Shown piece by piece: positions 8,390 through 16,449 of a stretch of DNA of 32,000 nucleotides; position 1 is the stretch's first letter; each line of letters starts with the position of its first letter. The translations under genes were made by a program, and so were the position numbers. The stretch spans positions 11,676 through 43,675 of the forward strand of contig JAMCWY010000010.1 of the NCBI GenBank assembly GCA_023480925.1. The letters are read 5' to 3'. Under the pieces are notes generated by a model. It was not told where the DNA came from, ran no database searches, and saw only the letters and a program-made list of their open reading frames with translations. The DNA is from Patescibacteria group bacterium (lineage in GTDB: Bacteria; Patescibacteriota; Minisyncoccia; UBA6257; HR35).

Positions 8390-9115
8390 ATGACCAAACC
8401 AAAGATAAAAATTAACGAGAGGGTCGGATTAATTCGCCTGAATAAATTTTTAAGCCAAGCGGGCATTAGTTCACGCCGACAGGCCGATATTTTGATTAGC
8501 CAAGGTGCAATTAAAGTTAACGGCAAAATCGTGAAAAAACTTGGCTTTCAAATCGATCAAGAAAATGACCGAGTCGAAATAATAAATAAACTCGTCGAAG
8601 TTCAATCTCAAAAAATAGTTTACCTGGTTAATAAACCAATCGGCGTCGTCAGCACGGCCAAAGACGAACAAGGCCGAAAAACGGTTTTGGATTTGGTTCC
8701 GAGTTCACCTCGAGTCTTCCCCTGTGGTCGGCTTGACTTCGACACGACCGGTTTAATGATTTTAACCAACGATGGCGAGCTTTGTTATAATCTCACTCAT
8801 CCAAAATTTGAACAAAAAAAGGAATACTTGGTTGAAGCCGAAAGCAAAGGTCAGTTTGAAAAAATTTTAGACAAAATCAAGGCAGGCGTTTTAATTGAAC
8901 GGAAAAAAGTTAAGGTCGAAAATCTGAAAATTATTTGGATCAGAGGTAAAAAAATTAAATTTTCTTTGGTTATCCACGAGGGTCGAAATCGAATTGTCCG
9001 AAAATTGAGCCAAGTAGTTGGTTTAAAAATACTTCGTCTAACTCGAGTTAGATTTGGGCCATACCGGCTTGATCAACTCAAACCAGGCCAGTTTCGTTTA
9101 ATTAAATTAAAATAA
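8390..9115 (+). CDS. Pseudouridine synthase, RsuA/RluB family
   Basis: N-terminal S4 domain (LNKFLSQAGISSRRQADILISQGAIKVNG) and catalytic motif GRLDFDTTGLMILTNDG. Confidence 0.9.
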   Translation: MTKPKIKINERVGLIRLNKFLSQAGISSRRQADILISQGAIKVNGKIVKKLGFQIDQENDRVEIINKLVEVQSQKIVYLVNKPIGVVSTAKDEQGRKTVLDLVPSSPRVFPCGRLDFDTTGLMILTNDGELCYNLTHPKFEQKKEYLVEAESKGQFEKILDKIKAGVLIERKKVKVENLKIIWIRGKKIKFSLVIHEGRNRIVRKLSQVVGLKILRLTRVRFGPYRLDQLKPGQFRLIKLK

Positions 9116-9173
9116 GAAAAACTAGTCGACCTAATCGACCTGGTTAAATTTTCAAGACGGAAATTAACTTAAT

Positions 9174-9202
9174 TTGACAAAAATAATAAATTAGTTTAGA
9201 AT
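9174..9202 (+). promoter_or_regulatory. Strong promoter, TTGACA-17 nt-TAGAAT
   Basis: TTGACA at 9174-9179 and TAGAAT at 9197-9202 with a 17-nt spacer. A canonical AAAGGAGGTG Shine-Dalgarno sequence lies before the ATG at 9232. Confidence 0.65.
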
Positions 9203-9231
9203 AAAAATAGTTCAAAAGGAGGTGAAATAGA

Positions 9232-9438
9232 ATGAACGACGCTATGACAAGATATTTTTACGTTGTCTTAGGAGTGTTCTTATTGCTTTTTATAATCATT
9301 ATGGCAAAAGCGATGGGAACATTTTCTAACTTTGTCTTCGTTTTGGAACACGTTGTTTTTGCCTTTGTCGTCGCCGTCGCTTATCTCGGATTTGTCTTTG
9401 GCCTCGTTGCGATCTGTGAGAGAAGGAAAAAAAAATAA
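9232..9438 (+). CDS. 68-aa two-TM membrane protein with a basic C-terminus (RRKKK)
   Basis: Strong SD (AAAGGAGGTG) 7 nt upstream, a consensus promoter upstream and a hairpin terminator downstream. The body is hydrophobic. Confidence 0.65.
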   Translation: MNDAMTRYFYVVLGVFLLLFIIIMAKAMGTFSNFVFVLEHVVFAFVVAVAYLGFVFGLVAICERRKKK

Positions 9439-9447
9439 TCCGTTTAA

Positions 9448-9485
9448 AAATCCGGTCAATAAAATTTTTTGGCCGGATTTGTTTT
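9448..9485 (+). terminator. Intrinsic terminator
   Basis: AAATCCGGTC (9448-9457) pairs with GGCCGGATTT (9471-9480) and is followed by GTTTT. Confidence 0.6.
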
Positions 9486-9623
9486 GGCTGCTTTTGATCA
9501 TTGCCTCGATCACCGGCGAGAATAGAAGGAAATAAGAAGTTTTAAAATCCGGCTGATATTTTAATCGTTTTCGGCCGGATTTAATTTGTTAATCAAAAAC
9601 TTGTTAAAATTATAATAGAAAAT

Positions 9624-10370
9624 ATGCTTCAAGAGTCAAAACCAAGACAAAACCAACTTAAGATAGAGCCGGGTCAAAATCAGATTGAAAACGAACTTAG
9701 GACTAATCTGGTCGAAAATTTAAAAAAGATCGATCCGACGATTGACTCAGACGAATTAGCCAAAACGCCATTGAAAATTATTCAACTTCTGGCTGAAAAA
9801 ATCAACGAAAACCAAAAACTAAAAAAAGACTTAATCCACGACTTGCTCACTAATTTGAAAACACGAGAATATTTTTTAGACGAATCGGAAAAAATCATTA
9901 ATAAATCAGTCAAACCGACAAGCGAACGCCGGCAAAAGTTCGAATCAAACCGATTTAGTTTTTTATTTTGCGATATTGATCATTTCAAACAAATTAACGA
10001 TCGTTATGGTCACGCGGTCGGCGATGAAATTTTAAAAGCGGTCGCGGCCACGCTTGAAAAAAATATTCGAATCAAAAAAGGCGACATCGCTTGCCGTTAT
10101 GGCGGCGAAGAGATTGTTGTCAGTCTTTTAAACAGCTCGGAAGAAAATTCTTATCGAAAAGCAATTGAGTTGAATGAACGGGTCAAAGAAAAAATCAACT
10201 CGCTTTTCGTTGGAAAATATCCCGAATTAAAAATTAGTCTCAGCATCGGCGTGGCTGAATTTGAACCAGGTTTGACGCCGGAAGAATTATTGAATCGAGC
10301 GGATCAGGCGATGTATCAAGCCAAAAAAAATGGCCGCGATCAAGTCATTAATTTTTCCCAATTAAAATAG
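9624..10370 (+). CDS. GGDEF-domain protein (putative diguanylate cyclase); signature reads GGEEI
   Basis: FLFCDIDHFKQINDRYGHAVGDEILKAV...CRYGGEEIVV...SLSIGVAE...ADQAMYQAKKNGRDQV. The N-terminal 75 aa or so have no TM segment and look coiled-coil-like. Confidence 0.85.
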   Translation: MLQESKPRQNQLKIEPGQNQIENELRTNLVENLKKIDPTIDSDELAKTPLKIIQLLAEKINENQKLKKDLIHDLLTNLKTREYFLDESEKIINKSVKPTSERRQKFESNRFSFLFCDIDHFKQINDRYGHAVGDEILKAVAATLEKNIRIKKGDIACRYGGEEIVVSLLNSSEENSYRKAIELNERVKEKINSLFVGKYPELKISLSIGVAEFEPGLTPEELLNRADQAMYQAKKNGRDQVINFSQLK

Positions 10371-10499
10371 CGGCGAATTTAAAAATAAACTTTTTCTAAA
10401 AATCTCAACAAATTCATTTCGCCTTTTAAAATTTTTTATTTTCTTAATCAGAAAAATCGCGACCGCGCACTGAACCATTTATTTAATCCTAACCCAAAA

Positions 10500-11333
10500 T
10501 TAATCGTTTTGCTTTGGTTTAAATAAAGAAAGTTTAACTAAATTTTCCATCAACTTTGCCACTAAAATTGGGCCGGTGCCGTTTGGCGTGGCTGTGATCA
10601 AACTCGCTCGGTTTTTTAATTTTTCAAAATCAATGTCGCCGCCAACCCGGCCCTGATCATCAAGACCATATCCAAAATCAATCAAAACCGCGCCGGGCGC
10701 GCAAGTTTTAACTAAATTGGGCTGACCAGCGCCGCCAATAATGACATCGGCTTTTTCAAAAAATTCTCCGGCGTTTTTTGTTTTTTCATTAATAATAATG
10801 ACCGTGCTTTTTGCTTGACCAAAATAATGAGCGAGGGGCCGGCCGACTAATCGACCATAGCCGACAACCACGACTAATTTTGATTCAAAATCAAGTTTAA
10901 ATTTTTCTCTGATGAAGTCAACGACCTCGACCACGGGCGGCCGGATGACGGCTTGATTAACAAAAAATTGACCGAGACAACGGCCTGAGAGACAATCAAC
11001 GTCTTTTCGGGCCGGGATTGAATTGAGAAAATACTGGGTTGACAAATTTTTCGGCAATGGCAATTGGATTAAAGCGCCGCTGACTAACTTTGATCGAACA
11101 ACTTGGTTAATTAATGTTCGAATTTTTTTCCGGCCAAGACTTGGATCAATGGGATAAAGACGAAAATCAACGCCTAAATCTTGACAATATTTTTTTTTAA
11201 TTTTTAGAAATTTTTCTTTTTCTTGGTTAGAATCAATCAAAAACGCGGCCAATCTCAAGTGTTTTCGATCATTAACTTTCTCTTTTAATCGAACTAAAAT
11301 TTCTTTCGCCAATTCGTCGCCGTTAATAACCAT
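10500..11333 (-). CDS. folD: Methylenetetrahydrofolate dehydrogenase/cyclohydrolase FolD
   Basis: Length and motifs fit FolD: DVDCLS, Rossmann segment VVVGYGRLVGRPLAHYF, and C-terminal ITATPNGTGPILVAKLMENL. Confidence 0.85.
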   Translation of the reverse strand: MVINGDELAKEILVRLKEKVNDRKHLRLAAFLIDSNQEKEKFLKIKKKYCQDLGVDFRLYPIDPSLGRKKIRTLINQVVRSKLVSGALIQLPLPKNLSTQYFLNSIPARKDVDCLSGRCLGQFFVNQAVIRPPVVEVVDFIREKFKLDFESKLVVVVGYGRLVGRPLAHYFGQAKSTVIIINEKTKNAGEFFEKADVIIGGAGQPNLVKTCAPGAVLIDFGYGLDDQGRVGGDIDFEKLKNRASLITATPNGTGPILVAKLMENLVKLSLFKPKQND

Positions 11334-11403
11334 AGCTAAAATTATTATAGCGCAAGAAATGTTTTATAATAATTTAATTAGGCCGTATTAATTTGTTAAT
11401 AAA

Positions 11404-12405
11404 ATGGATTACTCCAAACTCCTTAAAGAAACTTGGCGTCTAATCTTTAGCCATCGCAATCGTTTTATTTGGGCTTTTGGCATTTTCGTCGCTTTGTTTG
11501 GTATCTGGATTATTCCTCACCTCGAATTAAACCAAAATTTTAATTTTCACTCTTTAAATTATCTCTCACCCCAGTTTTCCAACTTAATTTCAATAAAAGA
11601 TTTCTTCGCCACCGCCCAAAAAAATTTAACATTTTCAATCACGGATAAAACCGCCGCGGCCATCGAATCCAATTCAATCAACCTGGTCGTCTCGCTTATT
11701 CTTCTCGGCCTTACTCTCGTGATTGTATTAATCGCTGAAACCAGTTTAATCGTTTCTGTTATTGTGGCTAAAAAAGATGACAACGCTTCAGCTGATTCGA
11801 TTGAAAACCAAGAGATTAAATTTAAACGAAGTCTTAAAACCAGTTTTAAATTTTTCGGTCGGATTCTTGGCTTGGAAATTTTGATGATCTTAATCGCCAT
11901 CGGCCTCGTTATTGATTTAATTTTTCCAAGCTACTTGTTCTTTTATTCCAATCAAAATCTCCTTGCCATCATCGCTTTTTTACTGCTTCTGCCATTCTTT
12001 CTATTTTTCCTTATCGCTATTAATATTCTGAATAACTACGGTTTAAGAATAATTTTAAACGAAGATGAAAAAGTGATTGGAAGCGTTAAGAAAGCCAATC
12101 AACTTATATTTCAAAACGTTAAAACCGTTTTTATTATTTGGTTAATTTCTCTCGGCTTAAGAATTGTTTTCATCGGCCTGGCCTTAATCGGCTTAGTTCT
12201 TCTCGTTCTACCCTTAGTCGGCATCGGTCTTGCCACTTACAGTCTTTTTGGTCTGACCGGCGCGTTCATTTTCTCTTTAATCACCGCCATCATTCTACTG
12301 TTGCTCACCATCCTCTTCAAGGGTGTCTTTATCTCTTTTGACTCGGCTTTTTGGACATTAAGTTATTTTGAGCTAAAAGACAAGGCAACTGAGAAAACGG
12401 AATAA
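11404..12405 (+). CDS. Polytopic membrane protein, unknown function
   Basis: 333 aa with at least 6 long hydrophobic segments. I recognise no catalytic motif. Confidence 0.65.
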   Translation: MDYSKLLKETWRLIFSHRNRFIWAFGIFVALFGIWIIPHLELNQNFNFHSLNYLSPQFSNLISIKDFFATAQKNLTFSITDKTAAAIESNSINLVVSLILLGLTLVIVLIAETSLIVSVIVAKKDDNASADSIENQEIKFKRSLKTSFKFFGRILGLEILMILIAIGLVIDLIFPSYLFFYSNQNLLAIIAFLLLLPFFLFFLIAINILNNYGLRIILNEDEKVIGSVKKANQLIFQNVKTVFIIWLISLGLRIVFIGLALIGLVLLVLPLVGIGLATYSLFGLTGAFIFSLITAIILLLLTILFKGVFISFDSAFWTLSYFELKDKATEKTE

Positions 12406-12490
12406 CCTAAAAAAAATTGGCCGGTCTTAATTAGAATGTTAGAATTTTGAACCTTAAAAATATTTCAATTTAGTTTTTAGTTTAATTATT

Positions 12491-13756
12491 CTAAATTAAA
12501 TTTTTAGCCGGTCGAGGCAAATTTAACTTCAACCAACGTCGATAGGGCAAAGGATAACGTTTTAAAAACAAACTGACTGCTTTTTTGATTTTTATTGGCG
12601 CTTTTTTTTGAAGCAAAAGATGATCAAACCAATCGGCAATCATGATCATATCTTTTTCCTTTAAGCCTCTGGACGTAATCGCCGGCGCGCCTAATCTCAG
12701 GCCGGATGGATTAAAAGGGGAGAGATCGCCTGGCAGGGAATTACGATTAGCGATAATGCCGGCGGCCTCAAGAACAGTCTCGGCTGTTCGACCGTCTAAA
12801 CCGAGCGGCTTGAGATCAATTAACATTAAATGATTCTCCGTGCCATCGGCAAAAAGTTTAAAACCTCTTTTTTTAAGTTCAAACGAAAGCCTTTGGGCAT
12901 TTTTAATAATTTGTTTTTGATAAAGCAAGAAACTCTTTTTTTTTGCCTGGCCAAAAGCGTAAGCGATCGCGGCAATCGTATGAATATGAGGTCCGCCTTG
13001 AAAACCCGGGAAAACGGTTTTATTTATGATCGCTTCCAAATTTTTTCTCATAAAAATAACCGCCCCGCGCGGTCCACGCAAAGTTTTATGAGTTGTCGTC
13101 ATAACGATATCGGCGAAAGGAAAGGGTGAAGGATGAAGATTGGCGCTAACCAAACCGGCAATATGAGAAATATCAGCGAGATGGTAAGCGCCGACATTTT
13201 TGGCGATTTGACCGAATTTTTTAAAATCCAAACGTAAGGGGTAAGCCGACGCGCCCGAGATAATAATTTTTGGTTTATATTTTCGCGCGAGCGTCTCAAC
13301 TTCTCCGTAATCAATTCTCTCGGTTTGATAATTAACCGCGTATTGAACGCTTTTAAAAATTCGACCCGTTTGACTAACCTTGTGACCGTGGCTGAGATGG
13401 CCGCCGCTGAAAAGATTTAGACCCATAATCGTCTCGCCTGGTTGAATTAAAGCGAGATAAATTTCCAAATTCGCCGGCGAGCCGGAATAAGGCTGAACAT
13501 TAACCGACCAGTATCGATTATTAAGATTAAAAGCTTTTAGGGCCCGGCCTTGAGCTAATTTTTCAATCTGATCAATATAGCTGTTGCCGGGATAATATCT
13601 TTTAGTCGGGTAACCTTCAGCGTATTTATTAACCAAGGGCGAACCAAGAAAAAAAAGCGTCTCCAAATCAACAAAGTTTTCCGATGGAATCAGTTCGAGC
13701 GTTGTTTCTTGCCGTTCAATTTCTTTTTTTAACAAATTTAAAAGGACATTGTCCAT
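12491..13756 (-). CDS. glyA: Serine hydroxymethyltransferase
   Basis: PLP-lysine motif VMTTTHKTLRGPRGA, plus LIPSENF and YSGSPAN. Confidence 0.95.
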   Translation of the reverse strand: MDNVLLNLLKKEIERQETTLELIPSENFVDLETLFFLGSPLVNKYAEGYPTKRYYPGNSYIDQIEKLAQGRALKAFNLNNRYWSVNVQPYSGSPANLEIYLALIQPGETIMGLNLFSGGHLSHGHKVSQTGRIFKSVQYAVNYQTERIDYGEVETLARKYKPKIIISGASAYPLRLDFKKFGQIAKNVGAYHLADISHIAGLVSANLHPSPFPFADIVMTTTHKTLRGPRGAVIFMRKNLEAIINKTVFPGFQGGPHIHTIAAIAYAFGQAKKKSFLLYQKQIIKNAQRLSFELKKRGFKLFADGTENHLMLIDLKPLGLDGRTAETVLEAAGIIANRNSLPGDLSPFNPSGLRLGAPAITSRGLKEKDMIMIADWFDHLLLQKKAPIKIKKAVSLFLKRYPLPYRRWLKLNLPRPAKNLI

Positions 13757-13763
13757 TTAAAAT

Positions 13764-13778
13764 ATTATAGTTTATAAT
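13764..13778. promoter_or_regulatory. Back-to-back divergent -10 boxes for glyA (-) and the NUDIX gene (+)
   Basis: ATTATA at 13764-13769 reads TATAAT on the minus strand, 7 nt from the glyA ATG at 13756. TATAAT at 13773-13778 lies 11 nt from the ATG at 13790. Confidence 0.55.
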
Positions 13779-13789
13779 TTTAAAATTTA

Positions 13790-14278
13790 ATGGATCAAAC
13801 TAAAAGTCAAGAATCAGAACGGATAAAAATCAAAAGAGAAATATCGACGGGTTTTATTATTTTTCACGAACAAACCAAGGGCCAGAGAAATTTTTTACTA
13901 CTCAAACACTCAAAACATTATTGGAACGCCGCTAAAGGCCACGTTGAAAAAGGCGAGAGTCTGATCGCCGCCGCTTTTAGAGAAATCAACGAAGAAACCG
14001 GTTTGAAACAAAAAGATTTAAAGATCATTCCCGGTTTCAAGGCGGCCTCGCTCTATCTGATCAAAAGAAAAAATCTTCTTATAAAAAAACGAGTGATTTT
14101 TTTCCTGGCCCAAACGAATAAGATCCAAATTAAAATTTCTAAAGAACACCAAGGTTATGGTTGGTTCAATCCAGATAAGATCGACGCGATCCCGACATTT
14201 AATGATGTCAAAAATCATTTTCTTCGAGCGGAAAAATTTTTAGCCAAACGACAAAAACTCTCAACGATTAAATTATAG
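13790..14278 (+). CDS. NUDIX hydrolase
   Basis: Complete Nudix box GHVEKGESLIAAAFREINEETGL, matching GX5EX7REUXEEXGU. Confidence 0.85.
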   Translation: MDQTKSQESERIKIKREISTGFIIFHEQTKGQRNFLLLKHSKHYWNAAKGHVEKGESLIAAAFREINEETGLKQKDLKIIPGFKAASLYLIKRKNLLIKKRVIFFLAQTNKIQIKISKEHQGYGWFNPDKIDAIPTFNDVKNHFLRAEKFLAKRQKLSTIKL

Positions 14279-14450
14279 CCAGCAAATTTTAAATACCGGA
14301 TTTTGAACTTGAAATTTAAACTCTAAAATCAAAAAAGTAATTTCCGATTTACGACTCTAGGCCGCACTTTTTATTTTTCAAGATCCAAATTTTAACCAAA
14401 CTAAACTTGTTATTAAAACAGGGAATGATGCGGAGAAGAAATTAAAATTT

Positions 14451-14807
14451 TTAAGAAATTTTTGATCCAACCCGAACTTGATTCAGCGGCACGATTAAAA
14501 CCGGACCGGATTCTGAAGCGGCGGCCAAAAGCATCGCCTCGCTGACAATGCCTCTAATTTGACGCGGTTCGAGATTAATAATGAGAACGATCAACTGGCC
14601 AAGCAACTCTTCGGCCGAGTAATTTTTTTTAATTCCAGAAACAATCGTCCTTTTTTCATCGCCAAGATCAACCTTGATTTTAAAAAGTTTGTCGCTTGCT
14701 TCAATTTCTTCAACTGTTAAAATTTTACCCACCCATATTTTACCCACCCTTAAATCAATTTTTTGAAATTCTTCTTTGCCAATCATTTTAATCACTTTTG
14801 TTTTCAA
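14451..14807 (-). CDS. tRNA-binding domain protein (CsaA/EMAP-II-like OB fold)
   Basis: FQKIDLRVGKI...ASDKLFKIKVDLGDEKRTIVSGIKKNYSAEELLGQLIVLIINLEPRQIRGIVSEAMLLAA matches the stand-alone tRNA-binding domain. Confidence 0.85.
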   Translation of the reverse strand: MKTKVIKMIGKEEFQKIDLRVGKIWVGKILTVEEIEASDKLFKIKVDLGDEKRTIVSGIKKNYSAEELLGQLIVLIINLEPRQIRGIVSEAMLLAAASESGPVLIVPLNQVRVGSKIS

Positions 14808-14822
14808 ATCTATTTAGTTGAA

Positions 14823-15365
14823 TTATTTATATTTTGGCGATTGTTCTTTGATTTTTTTATTTTTCGCCGCCAAACGGGCCAAAGCAAAGAAAAAACTGGA
14901 AAGACGGTTGAGATATGACAAAATTTCAACTGAAACTTTTTTCTTTTGGCTCAATTCGGACACCCGACGTTCGACCCGACGGCTGACGCTTCGCAGGTAA
15001 TCAAGCCAGGCCGACTCGTTTTCGCCGCCCGGAATAATAAATCGCCGTTCCGGTTTAACTCGCTCTTCGATTTTCTCTATCTCTTTTTCTAAATTATTTA
15101 TTTTTATCCGGCTAAAAATCGGTGGCTTAAATTTTGGATAAATTAAATTAGCTAAATTTGCCTGAATCAAAAAAAGGTTTTCTTGAATTTCGAGCAGGTG
15201 AAGTTTTAAAATTTTTGTTTTTAGATTGTTCCTAGCCAAGCCGATAAGACTGTTTAGCTCGTCAAGCTCGCCCAAAGTTTGTAAAATTAGATCGGTTTTG
15301 GCAAACTCCTTCTGACCAACTTTACTCTTGCCCTTGTCACCCTTGCCCGTGTAAAATAAAGTCAT
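14823..15365 (-). CDS. PduO-type ATP:cob(I)alamin adenosyltransferase family protein
   Basis: N-terminal YTGKGDKGKS, then LGELDELNSLIG, and C-terminal FIIPGG...RSVSRRVERR. Confidence 0.85.
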   Translation of the reverse strand: MTLFYTGKGDKGKSKVGQKEFAKTDLILQTLGELDELNSLIGLARNNLKTKILKLHLLEIQENLFLIQANLANLIYPKFKPPIFSRIKINNLEKEIEKIEERVKPERRFIIPGGENESAWLDYLRSVSRRVERRVSELSQKKKVSVEILSYLNRLSSFFFALARLAAKNKKIKEQSPKYK

Positions 15366-15373
15366 TAAAAATA

Positions 15374-16249
15374 TTAAATCTTTAAATTTTTAAGATACTG
15401 TTTAAATTCTTTTTTGACCTCGGCATGGCTTAAACCAAAATCAACGACCGCCTTGAGAAAACCAATCTTTGAACCGCAATCATAACGTTTACCTTGAAAA
15501 CGCAAACCATAAAGAGACCGACGTTTAAGCAAATTTTGAAAAGCGTCGACCAACCCAAGTTCGTGTTTTTTGTTCCGAAACAATTTTTGGATTTTATTCA
15601 GTTCGACGAAAACTTCGGGCGTCAAGATCGACTTACCGACGAAACCAAGCAAAAGATTTGGCGCCTGAGCCGGCCGCGGCTTTTCAACGAAACGGCTGAT
15701 TTCAAAAATATCTTTTTCGACTTCAACGCCGTCGATCATACCGTATTTAAATGATTCTTTGCGCGTAACTTTTTCCAAAGCGACAACCGAATCCTCGTAT
15801 TTTTCGAAAACCTCAATCAATTGAGCTAAACAAGGTTTTTCCCCAACGACAATATCATCCTCGAACAAGACCGCGACCGGCTCATTATTAAGCCAAGGTC
15901 GAGCACAAAGAATCGCGTCTCCGTTTCCAGCCGGCTCTTTTTGACGAACATAACTAATATTGGCCAGATTGGCAATTTGACGCGTCGTCTGAAGCAGATC
16001 CTTCTTGCCCGAAGAAATCAGAGCGTTTTCCAACTCAACGGCGTAATCAAAATAATCTTCAATCGCCCGTTTACCTTTACCCGTGACTAAAATAATATCT
16101 TCAATGCCCGAAGCGACAACTTCTTCAACCAAATAATGAATAACCGGTTTATCAACGATCGGCAACATTGCCTTGGGTTGCGATTTCGTCACGGGCAAAA
16201 ATCTCGTGCCTAAACCGGCGACGGTGATAATAGCTTTTTTAACTTTCAT
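15374..16249 (-). CDS. galU: UTP--glucose-1-phosphate uridylyltransferase
   Basis: KAIITVAGLGTRFLPVTKSQPKAMLPIVDKPVIHYLVEE and a downstream VEKP motif. Confidence 0.9.
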   Translation of the reverse strand: MKVKKAIITVAGLGTRFLPVTKSQPKAMLPIVDKPVIHYLVEEVVASGIEDIILVTGKGKRAIEDYFDYAVELENALISSGKKDLLQTTRQIANLANISYVRQKEPAGNGDAILCARPWLNNEPVAVLFEDDIVVGEKPCLAQLIEVFEKYEDSVVALEKVTRKESFKYGMIDGVEVEKDIFEISRFVEKPRPAQAPNLLLGFVGKSILTPEVFVELNKIQKLFRNKKHELGLVDAFQNLLKRRSLYGLRFQGKRYDCGSKIGFLKAVVDFGLSHAEVKKEFKQYLKNLKI

Positions 16250-16449
16250 AATTACCTTTATTCACGTTAAGCGCGAAACCTCGATAGGAATAATCGAATA
16301 AAAATAAATTTTATTTAATTGAAAATATTATAACTTGTAATTAAAAATACTCGAAAAACTTTTCCAGGTACTGGGATTAGTGAAAAGCCAAATAAAAATC
16401 GCGATAATTGAATAAAAAATCAAAATTAAAACAACGTTCTTACCATCTT

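Noticed and set aside
9232-9438. Type I toxin-antitoxin hypothesis: a small hydrophobic protein with an RRKKK tail and a possible convergent antisense RNA
   Set aside because: I found no convincing minus-strand promoter downstream; the only -10-like box, at 9609-9614, lacks a properly spaced -35. At 68 aa with two TM helices, the protein is also compatible with an ordinary membrane protein.
9439-9623. Possible CRISPR-like or repeat array formed by the two AAATCCGG...CCGGATTT hairpins
   Set aside because: There are only two copies, their loops differ, and there is no regular repeat-spacer periodicity or nearby cas gene. Terminator-like hairpins explain them better.
11334-11403. ZTP or THF riboswitch upstream of folD, and likewise upstream of glyA at 13757-13789
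   Set aside because: The intergenic regions are only 70 and 33 nt and are occupied by -10 boxes next to the start codons. There is no room for a riboswitch aptamer, and no conserved riboswitch motifs are visible.
12406-12490. Possible shared motif (ATTTTGAAC-TT-AAA) between the convergent-gene spacers at 12406-12490 and 14279-14450
   Set aside because: The matches are short, imperfect and made of A/T-rich words common throughout this genome. They cannot be distinguished from compositional noise by eye.
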